The notes: generated from the letters alone by a model not told the origin. A stretch of DNA of 64,000 nucleotides from Dimorphilus gyrociliatus (GCA_904063045.1 CAJFCJ010000019.1:796570-860569), one strand, 5' to 3'. Positions 13,199-26,564 are shown, counted from the first letter of the stretch. Program-made: numbers and translations.

Positions 13199-14068
13199 AT
13201 GGCCTTTATAATACGGATATTAACTTGCATCGTCGTTTTCTCAGGTAAAGAGAGAATTACCTTCTCAGCGCCATTGATATTTTTTTATTATAAATGGCGT
13301 TTATATATCCCGTACAAGCATGATTCAAGTACGTAAAATAATCCATATTAAATGTGTATTTCAGCTATTATAACGACTGTTTCTACTGACTGCTTGAAAC
13401 TAGTTGGTGAATCATCAACAAAAACTTATAAAGAAAAAATAAATTTGAAAATATTTCAAGATCAATGTGTTGAAATATCAAGTTATTATAGGACAAGTGA
13501 TTACAATCTCAAAATAGGATTCCAATTGTATTCGCCTGATATGAGGTGCAATCAAATAGTAAGAGTCCGCTCAAGTTCGAGTTCAGATAAAGAGTATTCA
13601 GGACGTACAATTAAGTTCTACAAGACTATTGACAGCAACAAAGTGAATATCTATATTCGTGGCTCTTCTTCTTGTGAATATTCAACGTTGGGGATAACAT
13701 ATAGACAATTTAAAACTGATCCCATTCATTCAACAGGAATAGCTGTAAGATTAGCTGGAGGATTAATGAGTTCAACCGCTTTTATAATATTTGTAATTGG
13801 TATAGCTTGTTGTGCTGTAAGGAGAAGGAATAGATTGAATAATAACATTATAGTGACTCGTCCTACGGCTATCCGAACAACTACGATAAGTACGCCGAGT
13901 CAACCAAGTATCGTGGTCAATCAGCCGCCTCCTCTTCCGTATCCGCAGCAAATACTTGATGCTCCACCTTCTTATGAACAAACCATACAATCACCTCCGT
14001 ATCCAAGTAATGGAGCTGCTCCTCCATCGTATTCAGAGGATTTTCAAAAGAGGCAGGTGCTTCCTTAA
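13199..14068 (+). CDS. Type I membrane protein: signal peptide, CUB-like ectodomain, TM, Cys-Cys/basic stop-transfer, PPxY-rich tail
   Basis: Exon 13199-13244 (MAFIIRILTCIVVFS) splices in phase 1 to 13365-14068. Four extracellular Cys, TM GLMSSTAFIIFVIGIACCAV followed by RRRNR, and a tail with PPSY twice plus LPY and PPY. Confidence 0.75.
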
Positions 14069-14952
14069 GCAATTGTAAGAGTTGACCGTTGCATTTGTTT
14101 TATACCTGTTAAATAGGTATCCATGTACTGTGGACCAAGATTTTTAAAAGAGAAACTTTCAATAAATCTTTCTCTGCAGAAAATACTCGAGTGTTTTGTG
14201 TATCAGATTTAAAGAACCAATCAAATTTGAATATTTTTATAACTTTTAAGCATTAATAATTTTTTTAATAATTGTTTTTTCGATACTCATCAACTTTACC
14301 TTTTTTATATAAATACAATATAATATATATATATATATAAGTGTTTTATAATGTTATGTTATTTTATGTTTTTGAAGTCATCCAGAAGTGAATTAGCAGA
14401 CAACGTTTCTGTTACAATTAGTTTTTACTTTCCAGAAGAAATTGATAAGTTGAATAACAATATTTTAACAATATATAACAAACTATTTACGAATCTTAAA
14501 TTGTATTTTTTGTAGTTCAGTTTCTAAGAACAACCTTTTAATTCCATAATTAATCATTAGAATTTCAAAACATATAAATACTAATTAGTATAAATATAAA
14601 TGTCATGTTCATTTTAAACTGAAATTTTTGACGAGAGCAACAAAATTGAGATAATAGGACAAACTTTGAAAACATACTAACACATTAGTAGAATATAGAT
14701 AATAATAATAAAAATCATAGAAAACGCCCAACCAATCTCTCTTTTCATATTTTCTCCTTTGAAAAGTAATTTTGAAATAAGAAAAGAGAGTAGAGAATGA
14801 AGAAATATTATGAATCATACTCTCATTTATAAACGGATAAATGGCAAAAAACTTGAACAGTAGTAATAACTAAATTACTTTCGATATAGACTTATTTGAT
14901 CCTTACAAACTCCTCTTCTCTTTTAAACATACGTCAGTAATTTACTCAATTA

Positions 14953-17699
14953 CTATGGAGCTTTCTTTTGGACAATATTGATCTATCGGATAAAAAAAGA
15001 GAATAGAGAAATAAATTATTTGAAACAATTTTATAATCTATTGTAAATAATTACTTCATTTAATATAACCCACGATGTTCCATTACTATGAGTCATCAGA
15101 CGCATTGTATGTATTTTAGGTACACCCGAATTTAAAACAGCAGATGCCTCTCCACCAAGAGAAAAGTTTGCAACGATGAGGTAGTTGTCCGATGTCTTTG
15201 GATATTTTAGAGCCGGATTTATAACTGATATATCAAATGAAAACATTTCAATAAAACATAAAACAGAAATATATATATATATATAGATATAGTATAGAGA
15301 TTATTAATCTAATTAATTATTATACTACTATAGATTATTAAAATAATTTATAAACCTCCACTTTCAGGCAATAGTTCGATCGTAGTGTTAAAAAATTTAT
15401 CACCAGGATGTTCAGAATTGCCACTTCTGAATAAAAATCTGTAATAAAATAGTTAAAATACTTTATATCCATACCGTCTATTTGTATATTTATATATTAA
15501 TCCTATTACCTTTCGATAAATATAGGAGGAGTAAATTTAATTGTAATATAATCTCCGGCAAATGGAGTAAACGCCCAAAAGAAAGTTTCTCCTATATACG
15601 ATCTTTCTATTGAATACTTTTGATAGACTTTTAAAGATGTTGATAATTCAGCATGGGGATTTCGATGACCTTTATGTAATTGAGGTTTTCCAAAGTCTTT
15701 ATCCTTCAGCTTTTGTACCTTTCCCTTGAGCGATGAATGCGTTCCAATATGTTGAAATAGAGATGGTTTATATCGTCTACGAATTTGCTCTATGTCTTTA
15801 CGACAGCGTTTCTATAAGAGAAAGAAGAAAAACGATTATATATATATATATAAATGTCATTTTGTCAAAACTCACTGCATCTTTCTCTGGATTGCAAACT
15901 TTAACAGATAACAAATGGTCTAGTAGCCAATCAATAGGCTTATCTTTGTAAAACATTATAAAAAATTCCACAACCAGGGGTATATCTGTTGACTTGAATA
16001 ATTTTCCTATAAATCCTAGATAAGAAAACTCTAACATGACCCATTCAGGAGGTGTTTTCTGATTAATTGCAAAGCTTTTTATTAAGGATAAATAGCTATA
16101 TTTAGTTATTATATCGTCCTCAAGCTGTGTTTATAAAAGAGGTAAAGAAGATATATAAATAATAGATTATTTTACTAAATTAACCTGTATATAATACGAT
16201 GCTTTGTTCCTTGCATAAAGCATAAGGAAAGAAAAATCTAAATTTTGTTTGGTTCGCCATTTAACTCTCTCTTTAGAATCACCAAAAGTCTCTTGTAAAG
16301 TATTTAAATTAGGGTAAAATTCTGAAGGTGGGGCAATAACTTCTATCAATCCTTTATCAACAGCAGCAGGAAAGTGCTCTTGTACACTTGCTGCGACTTC
16401 TTTCACATATTTCAAGTCCCATGGCTCAGCAACGAAAACTATAAATAAACAATCATCCTGCTCTTCCTCATTGGAATTTTCTAAAAGAGAGGACAGAGTT
16501 CGAATTAGATAACTCTCCCTCTCTCTCTTTATCGTAGGTATCCCGGCTACTATAGACACTAATTGGAAAAGAAAATAGTTTCGCTTTTCGAAAAGAAAAA
16601 GATTAATTACAGACCTGATTGTCTATTTTTAGACAATGTAAAACTAGGTCTAAGTGCCTGAGGTTTACCAATTATATGCGGTAAATAGTGATAGATACCA
16701 GGGTGTTGGACATCATTTGTAGATATTGCAGATATATTTGAAAGAAATTGTTGCAGTTTAGCCGGGACATTGACGCCATTGCTGTAAAGATTTAAAATAT
16801 TAAAAAGAAGATAGTATATAAAAATAGATAATAATAAGATCGGCAGACAGAGTGTTAAAAGTTCACTATTATCTAACTAATAACTATGTACTAATCCATA
16901 TAGGTTATATGAAATATGAATACATCAAAGATTGCTTTTTATGATTTTCTTATAGAAGCTTGTGTTAAAAAGTGCTCAAGTATTATAAATAAAAATAGGT
17001 TAAATATTTTGCAGTTGTTGATAAAAAACTAGAGCTTTTCTATTATATTTTCATGTACTTTTTTGTAAGTTTAAATGGAAAATTTATTAAAAACATATGT
17101 GAAAGTTTTATTCAATACATCAAATATTAACGTTGAATGTGTTATAAAAGAATTTAATTGATTTATTTATGGAGAAAAGAAAATGAACTACCTTTCGTAT
17201 TGATGATTAACTCTGGTAAGAATAATAGTATATTTTCTTTTAATATCAATAATAACTACATTTGTAGAAATATATATATGAATATATATCTTATAGAAAT
17301 AAAGGAAAACGAGAATAGTCTATGATCAAACCTGTCCTTTCATCTATAAAATGATTTTGTTGGACCAAACGAATACATTACTATATTTACCTATAATTAA
17401 GCTTCAGATTAGCTTTTAGCAGCAACTGTAATTGTTCCTTTAATAAACGTACATCGTTCCAATGGTCCCTACTCAAACCTTCTGTTTCTACTACTTTTAA
17501 TCTTAATTGATTAATTTTTCTCTGAATTGGATCGGATTCATCATCCTCTACAAATTTTTAAAATATCTTTAGTTCAAATCGTTTAAAATGATTTAAAATA
17601 CCAACCGCTCACTTTTGATACTTTTGTGAAGAAAAACACGGCTATTGCTATCACGAACAGAAATATTAAACACGTAGCATCTTTTGTTGTGAATCTCAT
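14953..17699 (-). CDS. MGAT4: Alpha-1,3-mannosyl-glycoprotein 4-beta-N-acetylglucosaminyltransferase (GnT-IV, GT54)
   Basis: Type II anchor [24 protein letters not shown] (ATG 17699), coiled-coil stem, and GT54 motifs [88 protein letters not shown]. Stop at 14955-14953. Confidence 0.92.
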
Positions 17700-18166
17700 C
17701 GATAAGACGATATGTTCTTTTTTCGCCTGCAGATCGAAATATTCCTTAAATTTTTCAGATTTGAAACATTCGAAATTTGTATGTTCGCTTTACACGTTCA
17801 ATCACAAAATTCCCTTCATCAATAAGCTATATCTCTATTCAGAAGCTTAGCTAAAACAGACATTAAATTAAATGCGGTCTTACTGGAATCAGGCCTACGC
17901 CTTTATTAATTCAGAATTCATGACAAAACTGACTTTGTGCTTATGAAAACTGGTAAAAAAACTGGCAAAAAACACACACAACCAGTTTTCTCTTCGGAAA
18001 GTGAAAGCGCGCCAAATTTAATCTTGTGAATGAATTTAACATTATATTTTTATTATTCAGAATATTCTCAATAAGAATACAATTCAAATAACCATTGAAA
18101 AAATTCTAACTATTTGGAAATGGCTTAGAAGCAAAAAAAATAAACGAAAAAAAAAAAAAGGAAATT

Positions 18167-21100
18167 TCACACACAGTTTGTTGTCGTTGAAGAGGAATAA
18201 TAATTATTTACATCGGGCATTGTCTCTTTACATTCTATATCCAAATCTGTTATTGGCATTGGTGGTTTCTTCTCTTTTAACCCTCCTTTTGCCGACAATT
18301 TTTTAACTTTTGCAGTTGTTTTCTCATCATCATTCGCTTGTTTCTTTTTTCTTGGAGTTTTCTTCGTTTTAGGTGATTGAACATTCAAGTTCAGATCTAA
18401 TGTCTGAACTGCAACCTGAGGATCGTCCTGCTTTTTTTGCTTCTTCTTTCGAAAAGCCTTCTTCTCCTGATTAGGGGATGCATCCGATTGAGATGATTGA
18501 GAACCATTTGGAAGAGGGCCTTTTTCGGTAGACGTATCGGCCGTAGTAGTTTCCTTCTTTTTTCTCTTTCTAGGCTTCTTTTCAGGAGTTGTCTGAACAT
18601 TATTAGGTAAACCTAGACTGCTTGGCGGCTCCAAAAATTGTGTTGTTGCCTTTACCTTCTTTGGAGAGGTGGATCTTTTGCGTTTCGGGGACGGTTGACT
18701 TTCAGAATTATCTGGCTCTGTCCCTCCTTCCTTATCTGCTTTCTTGGCTCTCTTTCGCTTTCGTTTAACCTTACCTTCGGGAGACGATAGAAGGGGCTGT
18801 TGAGTTGGAGATGGCGGTTCATTGCATGAAAGTCTTTGTACAGGCAATAATATTGGCGGTTTATCCATACATAGAGGTACTGGATTTGGAGTAAGGCCAG
18901 AATCCTTAGCCTTCTCATTATATATTTCAACTAGACATTTCTTCATATCCTCACAGCAATCGACATTCCGGTGGGAATTTGATGTTAAATTACTTTTATT
19001 TGAAACTGCCACTTGACTAAAGCCCAAAATATTTCTGACTTCTTCATCGGCTAAGACAAGTTTTAATGTAGCATCCGCCTCTTCTTCACCTTTGGCAACA
19101 ACATTTAAAATTTCAAATGATGGATTGATCTTTTGTAGATTATGTTCTAAAATGTCATCGCGAGTAATTTCAATTATGACAGCATCTTGCAACTCCTCAT
19201 GGAACACTTGGGTTTCTGTTTTATTTGGATAATGCAGTCGCATGATATCGTCCAATAAGAAAAATTCGCAAGCGCTTTCGTCCGGACTCGTCTTCAATCT
19301 GTACAATGGTATGTCACCAAAGTCAAAAGCTATTTCTTGTAAATGATCCGTATCCTGTGGTACTTCATCAAAGATTTTTACAGTCTCCAAGTCATCTAAA
19401 AGGTCACTTGTACTGGAAAATTTCCAGACTTCGGTCGTTGTACCCTTTATGTCAGAAATATAATCGTTAAGGAATTTTTTCATTTGGTCAGTCTTTGCTA
19501 GCGAAAGAGGTGTCCTTCCGGAGTACGTTGGAAAGTTAAAATCGGCACCATAAGCAAGAAGTAGCCTGACTAACTGAATATGACCAGCATCAATCGCTTC
19601 GTGTAGAGGTCGTGTTCCATCGTTACAAGTGACGTTAGCATTGGCTCCTGCTTGGAGGAGTAGGTGTCCAATTTTATGATTGCCGTTAGTAGCAACTTCA
19701 TGAAGCGGAGTGTAACCAGCGTGGTCTTTAGCATGTACAACGGAAGAGTCTCTGGTTTTCACTAGCCAACTAGCCGCTTCGTATAGACCAAGACGGCAGC
19801 TTTTATGCAGCATTGTTTCACCCGTTTCTCTATGTACAACGAGTCGTCGAAGTTCTGCTGGACCTTCCCGTAAAGCTGCATTTTTACGAAGGTTCACAGT
19901 TGGGGTATTCGGATCAGAAGTAGGCTGTTCGGCAGCCTTCTTGAGACTCCGTCGTTTTTTCTTTGTTTCCATTATATAACGTAATTTCCTGTTTTTCTTT
20001 CTATGGCCGTATTCGTCTTCGTCATCCTCATCGTCACTGAAAGCAAATTGAGTGGCTATCTCTAAACCCTCACCAAAATCAAAGTCGTCGTAGAAGCGTC
20101 TGGTCGGTGCACTACGTCGGGAGGTTCGTCGATTTTGCGTGGGAGTTTCTTCAGTCAGCTCCTCCGTGTCTTCGGGTTTACCGGTTTCGTCGTCACCTGG
20201 ATCGTCGCAATATTTAAATTGGGCGGCCTTTCTCTGAGATTTTCGTCTGGCGTGCTTAGAACGCCTTTCTTCGTCCTTTTCTAATTCGGCCTCATAGAGG
20301 GCGTTCTTATGGTGGGCAGGAGCTCTTTTTCTCGTCCTTTTAACTTGTTCTTCTTCGTTGCTTTCCTTTCTTTTCCTCTTTTTTCTAGGTGCAACTTCGT
20401 CGTCAGATTGTTTAGCTGCCGGCGAACTATCTTTTGCTTTCAGAGTTTGCTTTCGGCGGCGCTTTTCTTCGGTAGTTTGTTTTGATACAACGTCGGACGG
20501 CAACTGAATTATGGCAATAGGAACACCAGATACTGCTGCTTTTAGAGCACTTTTCTGAAATATGATAATCGCTTTATAACATCTACTAAAAATTCTTATA
20601 GAACGACAAAATCGCAGCCAAATTAAAACAAGTGCGCCCGACGATTATCGTAGAGAATTTTATCGATTGCGATATAAAGCAGCCAACAGACTCATAGACA
20701 CTATTTTGTACTAAATATCGCCATTTGCAATCGTTTTCTCGAATTTTATAATTGTTTACTATATTAAAACCTCTTAAGCAAACCTGTTCTACGAATAAAG
20801 AACATTGGAGCGTTTCTGTGCAATTCATCTAGCAGCCTTAACGGAAAAACATGCTAGTTCAATAATATATAATAAAAACAACACTAGCCCCATCTATCGT
20901 ATGGACGAAATGATTAATATTCCTGCTTTTTGTAGTTGTACGTTTAACACGTCTTACGGCAAAGAGTAGAGAATTTCTATATATATATATAATTTATATA
21001 TATGTGTATATATATTTATATATATATATACATATATGTGTATAAATATATCCTAGACGTATAAGATTTTATACTCGTCTACTACAAAAATACGCAAATT

Positions 21101-21756
21101 GTTTTGAGGTGTAGTTTATTATCTAGCTAAATTTCTCTTACCTGATTAGACTGAGAGCCGTCCTCTGTCGATTCAGCGACTTCTTTACTCGATGACTGTA
21201 ACAAGTCCTGCTTGATCTTTTCGATATTATTTCCGACAGGAAGTATATAACGTGGTAAACCCTTTGACGAAGGTGCTACTGAACCAATCGGGATGATATT
21301 TGTAGTTGAAACAAAATGAAGAATATTTGGAGGGAAGGTTGACTTGTCCGACGTTCCGGAAACACCGCCTTGAGATGTTGAACTCTTCTTTAGCAATGAA
21401 CATTTATTTTGAACCTTTTGCAAAGGGGCTAAGTTAGCTAATATTTGCTGTCCAGTAATCATAGTAGTTCCATCAGTAGTAGAAGTTGGGATAGCCTTTG
21501 CTAATTGTGCATACAATACAGTTGGTTGTTGATCTTTAGGATCTGCTGAGGTTCGACCAAGAATTGGAATCGAATTTTTCAGCAACTGTCCTCCAGATTG
21601 GAGAGCGGCATGAATTTGTAGATGCCCCTGCTCCTGTTTAGAAGGCGTGGAAGTATCTCCGTCACCGGAAGCGTCTGAAGTCGACGGTTTGTCTGCCGAC
21701 ATAACTTCTATCTGTGCTGAAAGATTGGATAATGAATAACTCGAACACTTATTCAT
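18167..21756 (-). CDS. BCOR: BCL-6 corepressor-like protein (ankyrin repeats plus PUFD domain)
   Basis: Exons 21756-21142 and 20554-18167 (phase 0). Ankyrin block ETGETMLHKSCRLG...AGYTPLHE...DGTRPLHEA...LLLAYGAD..TYSGRTPL..MKKFLNDY followed by WKF and a PUFD-like region ending in EEVRNILGFSQV, as in BCOR/BCORL1. Confidence 0.85.
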
Positions 21757-21858
21757 AAACTTTGTTTCATCCTAAAATGTCATTTATTCAAGGCGATTGG
21801 TGAACACCGTATAATACAAAAATCGAGCAGCAACACCAGAAACGAAACGCAGAATGAC

Positions 21859-21869
21859 TGCGCATGCGC
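21859..21869. promoter_or_regulatory. NRF1/Ewg-type palindrome TGCGCATGCGC upstream of BCOR
   Basis: Motif seen about 100 nt upstream of the BCOR ATG. The same core recurs upstream of Cav2, MED29 and WDR5. Confidence 0.6.
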
Positions 21870-24066
21870 GTGGCAGCGGCCTCTCATTTACTTTTGGAAA
21901 ATCGCTGAAACCAACGATAAATTAGTTGCTACGCAAAATAAATCTAGTGAACGTTCATCTTTAGTAACTCAAATTTACGACTGAACCTAACGGGATCGCT
22001 TTACACATAATTTTTAGCGAAATTCGAACGAAATTTACACAGCGCACGAGCGGATGCAGGCCGATTCGGGTTGTAAAAATATGCGTTACGATGACAATCG
22101 ATGTTGGAAACGATGCCAATACTTGAATAGGTATCTCTTATAACCTCTAAGATGTAAAGTTACTGGGGGCGTCTATAAAATTCGAAGATTAAAAGTTGTC
22201 AACAGTTTAACTATGAACGCGTAACTATCAAACAAATGTTCGAAAAATAAACAAGTCCAGCAAAGTCAGTTGGGATGAAAGTTACTTTTCCTTATTTTAT
22301 CTTGAATGAAATTTAAAATTCATATAGATATTACCTTGATTTTCGTGAAGCCAGGGAAGGATAGTTGACGTAGATGTCTGTTTTAGCCAGGTATCCTATT
22401 CTACATTGAATTTTAGACCCTCATTTTCGATTGGAAAACGAATATATTGCAAAACTAGCGCCATCTACACAATAATGAAGCTCTTAATTTTTAATAAGTA
22501 TTGTCCATAGATAAGTTATTTAAATGAATGTAGTTTTTTTAACAGATATCGAAAAATATTCAGTTAATTTTTTTCTATATTTTAATATAATAATAATACA
22601 TATTTTATGCTTAAAAACTCTAATTCTATTTGTCAAAAGCACATTGTTAAGATTCAGTAAAAATTGACCTTGTCGTTAAACTTAACAGCTTTCATCAAGG
22701 TATTTATAGGAAATGTAAACGATACTCGAAAATATGTATTAGAATAACACGATTTTTCTAAAACCTTATTTCTTCCTTAATCTAGTTTCTTTTTCAATTA
22801 ATTAAGATACATTTAAAAGAAGAAGAAGAAGAAAGCAACCCTTTCAATATTTTTTTATTTAGAAAATATTTAAGATTGACAGTTCTATATATTTTAATAT
22901 TATTCAAACAGAAACAGAGAAGATTGACGAGGGGGAGGAGGGGGAGAGAAAGAAAGGCAGAAGGGACTGTAAAACAAGGGGAAAAGGGCGAAAAGAGGGA
23001 GGATTATACGTTATTTAAAAAAGACCCGTCAAAGGCAATGGTCCCTGAGGTATGATGATTAGAAATCTGATCATAATTACAAAGGATAAAGGAGTAAAAA
23101 AACAATATTGTAAAAAATTGAATATTTTTTTTCTCTCTTCTGACACTACTCAATAGAGGGGAGTGTGGTGAAGGAGGATAACGATGACGACGGCGACTAC
23201 AACGATGACGGTGACGACGACCGTGACGAGACAATAGGCCAGGAAGAGGAGCGCATTAAATATAGTTATAAAAAACAACAACAAAACAGAGCTCAACAAG
23301 ATATTTAATAAACATTTTACATTTCGTATACATTTTATTATTGTTTATTAAAACGAAAGAAGAAAATCATCTTTTAATCGATTTAATAGTTTTATATTAT
23401 ATGTAATTAAACTTATATATTTATACAAACTGTTTAAATTCATTATCCTTTAAACTCTTCCTTCCTTCTATTTCTTTAAATAAAAACAAAAACAAAAAAA
23501 AGTTCTCCGTTTCTTTAACTGAATACCAAACAAACAACAAATGTATAAAATACAGCAGCCGAACGATCACGTGACCGTATTAAAAAGAAAAAAAAGATAC
23601 CTCTTGTTAGAATTTACATTGAACATTGATTATTTGTTACAAAGTTGATATGAAAAGAAAATAACAATCAAAATAATAATAATAACTATGATAAAAATCA
23701 CAATAACAGCGATTCGTTTAGATTTGAAAATGCTTAAAGATATAAAACCTGTTTTTGTATGTCACATCTTATTTTCATAAGTTTTATGAATAAATATATA
23801 GAAAGTTAATTGATCAGGTATATTTCTCTCTAAAAGGCTACGATAATCTATTATTGTATACCTTTTTTAAAGCTTTGAATTAAAGTATCAATCCAAACAC
23901 AAAGCTGTCCCGCCAATTGTGGACACCGTAACATTGACTGGAGATATATCCTCATAACCTTGACACTGGCCTCACCGGTCATTTACTCTTTTAATTTTTT
24001 TCCACGTTTTAAGCAAAACCTATTGTAGAATTTGTTTTTGAAAAGATTCAATGACTTTTAGAGACA

Positions 24067-24329
24067 ATGTTTAATAGATTCCAGTTTAGAACGCAAAGGG
24101 GCAGACAAACTTTCGTTTACTTGGGTACTTTCATCAGCATGTCAATATTCTTTAGCCCACAATTATATTATTGGGGAATTAAACCTACTTTGGATTGGTT
24201 TAAATCAGTACAAAAGCCAAGTAAGTAAAACAATATAAATAATAATAATCATAAAAAATCGCTTACTGATGAATAATTAAAGACAATCATAATTTTCTAG
24301 GCAAAAGTATTGAAAATCAAAAGGAGTAG
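24067..24329 (+). CDS. Candidate 60-aa single-pass membrane microprotein (2 exons; absent from the ORF track)
   Basis: 24067-24220 (donor A|GTAAGT) plus 24301-24329 (acceptor TTTTCTAG, stop TAG), 80-nt intron. Product MFNRFQFRTQRGRQTFVYLGTFISMSIFFSPQLYYWGIKPTLDWFKSVQKPSKSIENQKE. Confidence 0.6.
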
Positions 24330-24708
24330 ACTGGCTAATACGTTAAAAATTGTTAAATTATCAACTAACTGAAGGATATTAGGCAAGAGAATAGGAGAAG
24401 AAAACTGCTCCGTTCGAATTATAAATATTCCGACAGAAACATTATTTAAAAAGTATAAAAACGACGATAAAGGACGAAATGAAGTCGATAAAAGAGTTTC
24501 AAATGTGTAACCTTTGTAATTTGTTAATTTTTGTTATTGTTTGCATAAATTATGAAATCTAAGACACTTAAATAATAGTTATCTCACTTGGAATATAAAG
24601 TACCGCTCTTTTTTTAAACTGACACACCTCCACCGTGTCGCAGTAGACTCTTCCTACGCGCTTCCGGTGTAAATAAGCTCTAGGAAGAGAACATAGAAAC
24701 TAGCTTAG

Positions 24709-26564
24709 ATGGCTTTGATGGATGACCGTGCGTTTCTTGTATCTCACGTTCGTAATTCCTTTATTACGGGCGATGATACTAGTATGAGTGAATTGGTATT
24801 GGATGTTGACGAATCTAGCGGCGAACGGCATTCAAGGTTGTCGACAAACGATTCCAAAAGACCTAATACATGGCACATTACAAGAGGAGATACAAGTGAC
24901 ACCGATTCTTGTTGTGAATTGGATACTGAATTACCAAATTCCTATGACATCGTCCCTGACATGGACTTTGGTACTTATTAAATATCATTTACTATCTAAT
25001 CGTAAATATTTGTTGACTTCTTGTAGCATCTCATCGAAGACGTTCAAATACCGCTCAAAGATTAGAAATACTCCAAAGGGAAAAAGTTAGACAGAGTAAA
25101 ATAAAACATGTGGTCTGGAAAGACGTTACAACTCGTAAGTAAAATGTACCAATAAGCTATTTAATTGAAAGAAAAAGAGAAAACTTCAAAAGTCATGCAA
25201 AAGATCAATTAATTATTTTTATTGTATTTTATAATAGCACCTGATCCAACCTTATTCGAGAGAAAACCCATTAAAATTCAAGAAACTGGTAACAGAATTT
25301 CACTATTAACTAAGTTACTGGCAGAAGCGGGAGATGGCAGAACCAATCACTTTTCTGACTATGCTAAATATAATGGCAAAATGGCTCCGGCTGGTACTGG
25401 TACAAAAACAATTGAAATATATTTTACAATGACAACGGATAATCTAAGATTAATGAATATCTGTATTATTGCCAATGCAACTGTTCAAAATTTAATTGGA
25501 TTGTCTTGCTACTTATATTCTCAATCAAATAAGCAACCTCAATTAAAGTAAATTTATAAAATTTTCTTCACCGTCTGACATTTTTAACTCAACTAATTGT
25601 AATTACAAAAATGCAGGGATTCTATCGATCGCTATAGTTTACATATTGTTGACGATGATGGGGAAGTAGAAACGGATTTTCCTTCTTTGGAAAATAAGGA
25701 ACCTATCAGTAAATTTGGATTTAATAAATTGGCTCTTGTCGAAAACAGTCACGAAGTTATCGAAGACGAATCAGTTTTTATAACAATGTAGGTTTATTAT
25801 AGAAGAGTTTAAATAATATATTAAAAAAATAAGTACTAAAGAACGCAGAATAGAATAATTTAAGTATATTTGTTTCTAGAAATATGCCCGGAAGAGGATT
25901 ATCTCGTTTTTCAGTCAGCCCTAAGCAGAGTCTACGTGAAATACTAGAAAAAGTAATTGAACGGAGGAGACTTTTAACCGTTAAAGGTTTAGATTACAAG
26001 TTCGAAAAACAAGACGATCCTGGGGTTACGCTCAATATTGATTCACAAGTCTGTAACTTGGACACAACAGAGTTGTGTTTGATTCGTGATAACAGCGTTA
26101 GGGGAGATATTATTCAAGATGGAGAGATGTCAACTGTGAATTTAAATCCCGATTCCTATAGAAGCTATCAAGTGTCAATGGTAAATAAACTTAGCTGGCA
26201 TACACCATATCAACTAGGCATCTCAGGTGAAAAGATAGAAATCGACCCAGTTGGGAATGGTGGACGCATGTTTCGAACGGCAAGTAAGGCAGTATCTCAC
26301 GAAATACGAAACGTTAAAGCCTGCTATTTAGCCGAAAATAAGTCGAGTCGAGTAATAATTCGTTTAGAGTGTATAACAAATCAAGAGAAGCATATAGACT
26401 ATAATTTTGAATGCGATCCGGAAACAGCTGGTGATATCATAAACCAGGTGAATAATATATTGGAAATCAGAGGATTAGGCCAAAATTGGGATTCAATGAT
26501 GAAAGGAAGAGCAAAAAAGTTAAAAAAGCGTAATACTTTACCAACTTTGTTCAGTACATTCTAA
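24709..26564 (+). CDS. MAPKAP1: TORC2 subunit SIN1 / MAPKAP1
   Basis: Exons 24709-24970, 25027-25134, 25238-25547, 25617-25787, 25880-26564. SIN1 hallmarks MALMDDRAFLVSHVRNSFITGDDT, RRRSNTAQRLE, CRIM region YSLHIVDDDGEVETDFPSL, and PH domain LGISGEKIEIDP. Confidence 0.92.

Noticed and set aside
20586-20828. 80-aa ORF inside the BCOR intron
   Set aside because: BCOR splices in frame without it, and no homology is recognised. A 45-nt cassette is possible but has a weak acceptor.
22387-22400. CAG|GTATCCT, a U12-like GT donor on the plus strand
   Set aside because: No matching branch site, acceptor or host exon structure found.
23004-23260. ORF with RHRH repeats, an antisense TM-like Val run, and a C/D-box-like ATGATGA...CTGA
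   Set aside because: All derive from a GAC/GAT trinucleotide-rich tract; no terminal stem or rRNA guide for a snoRNA.
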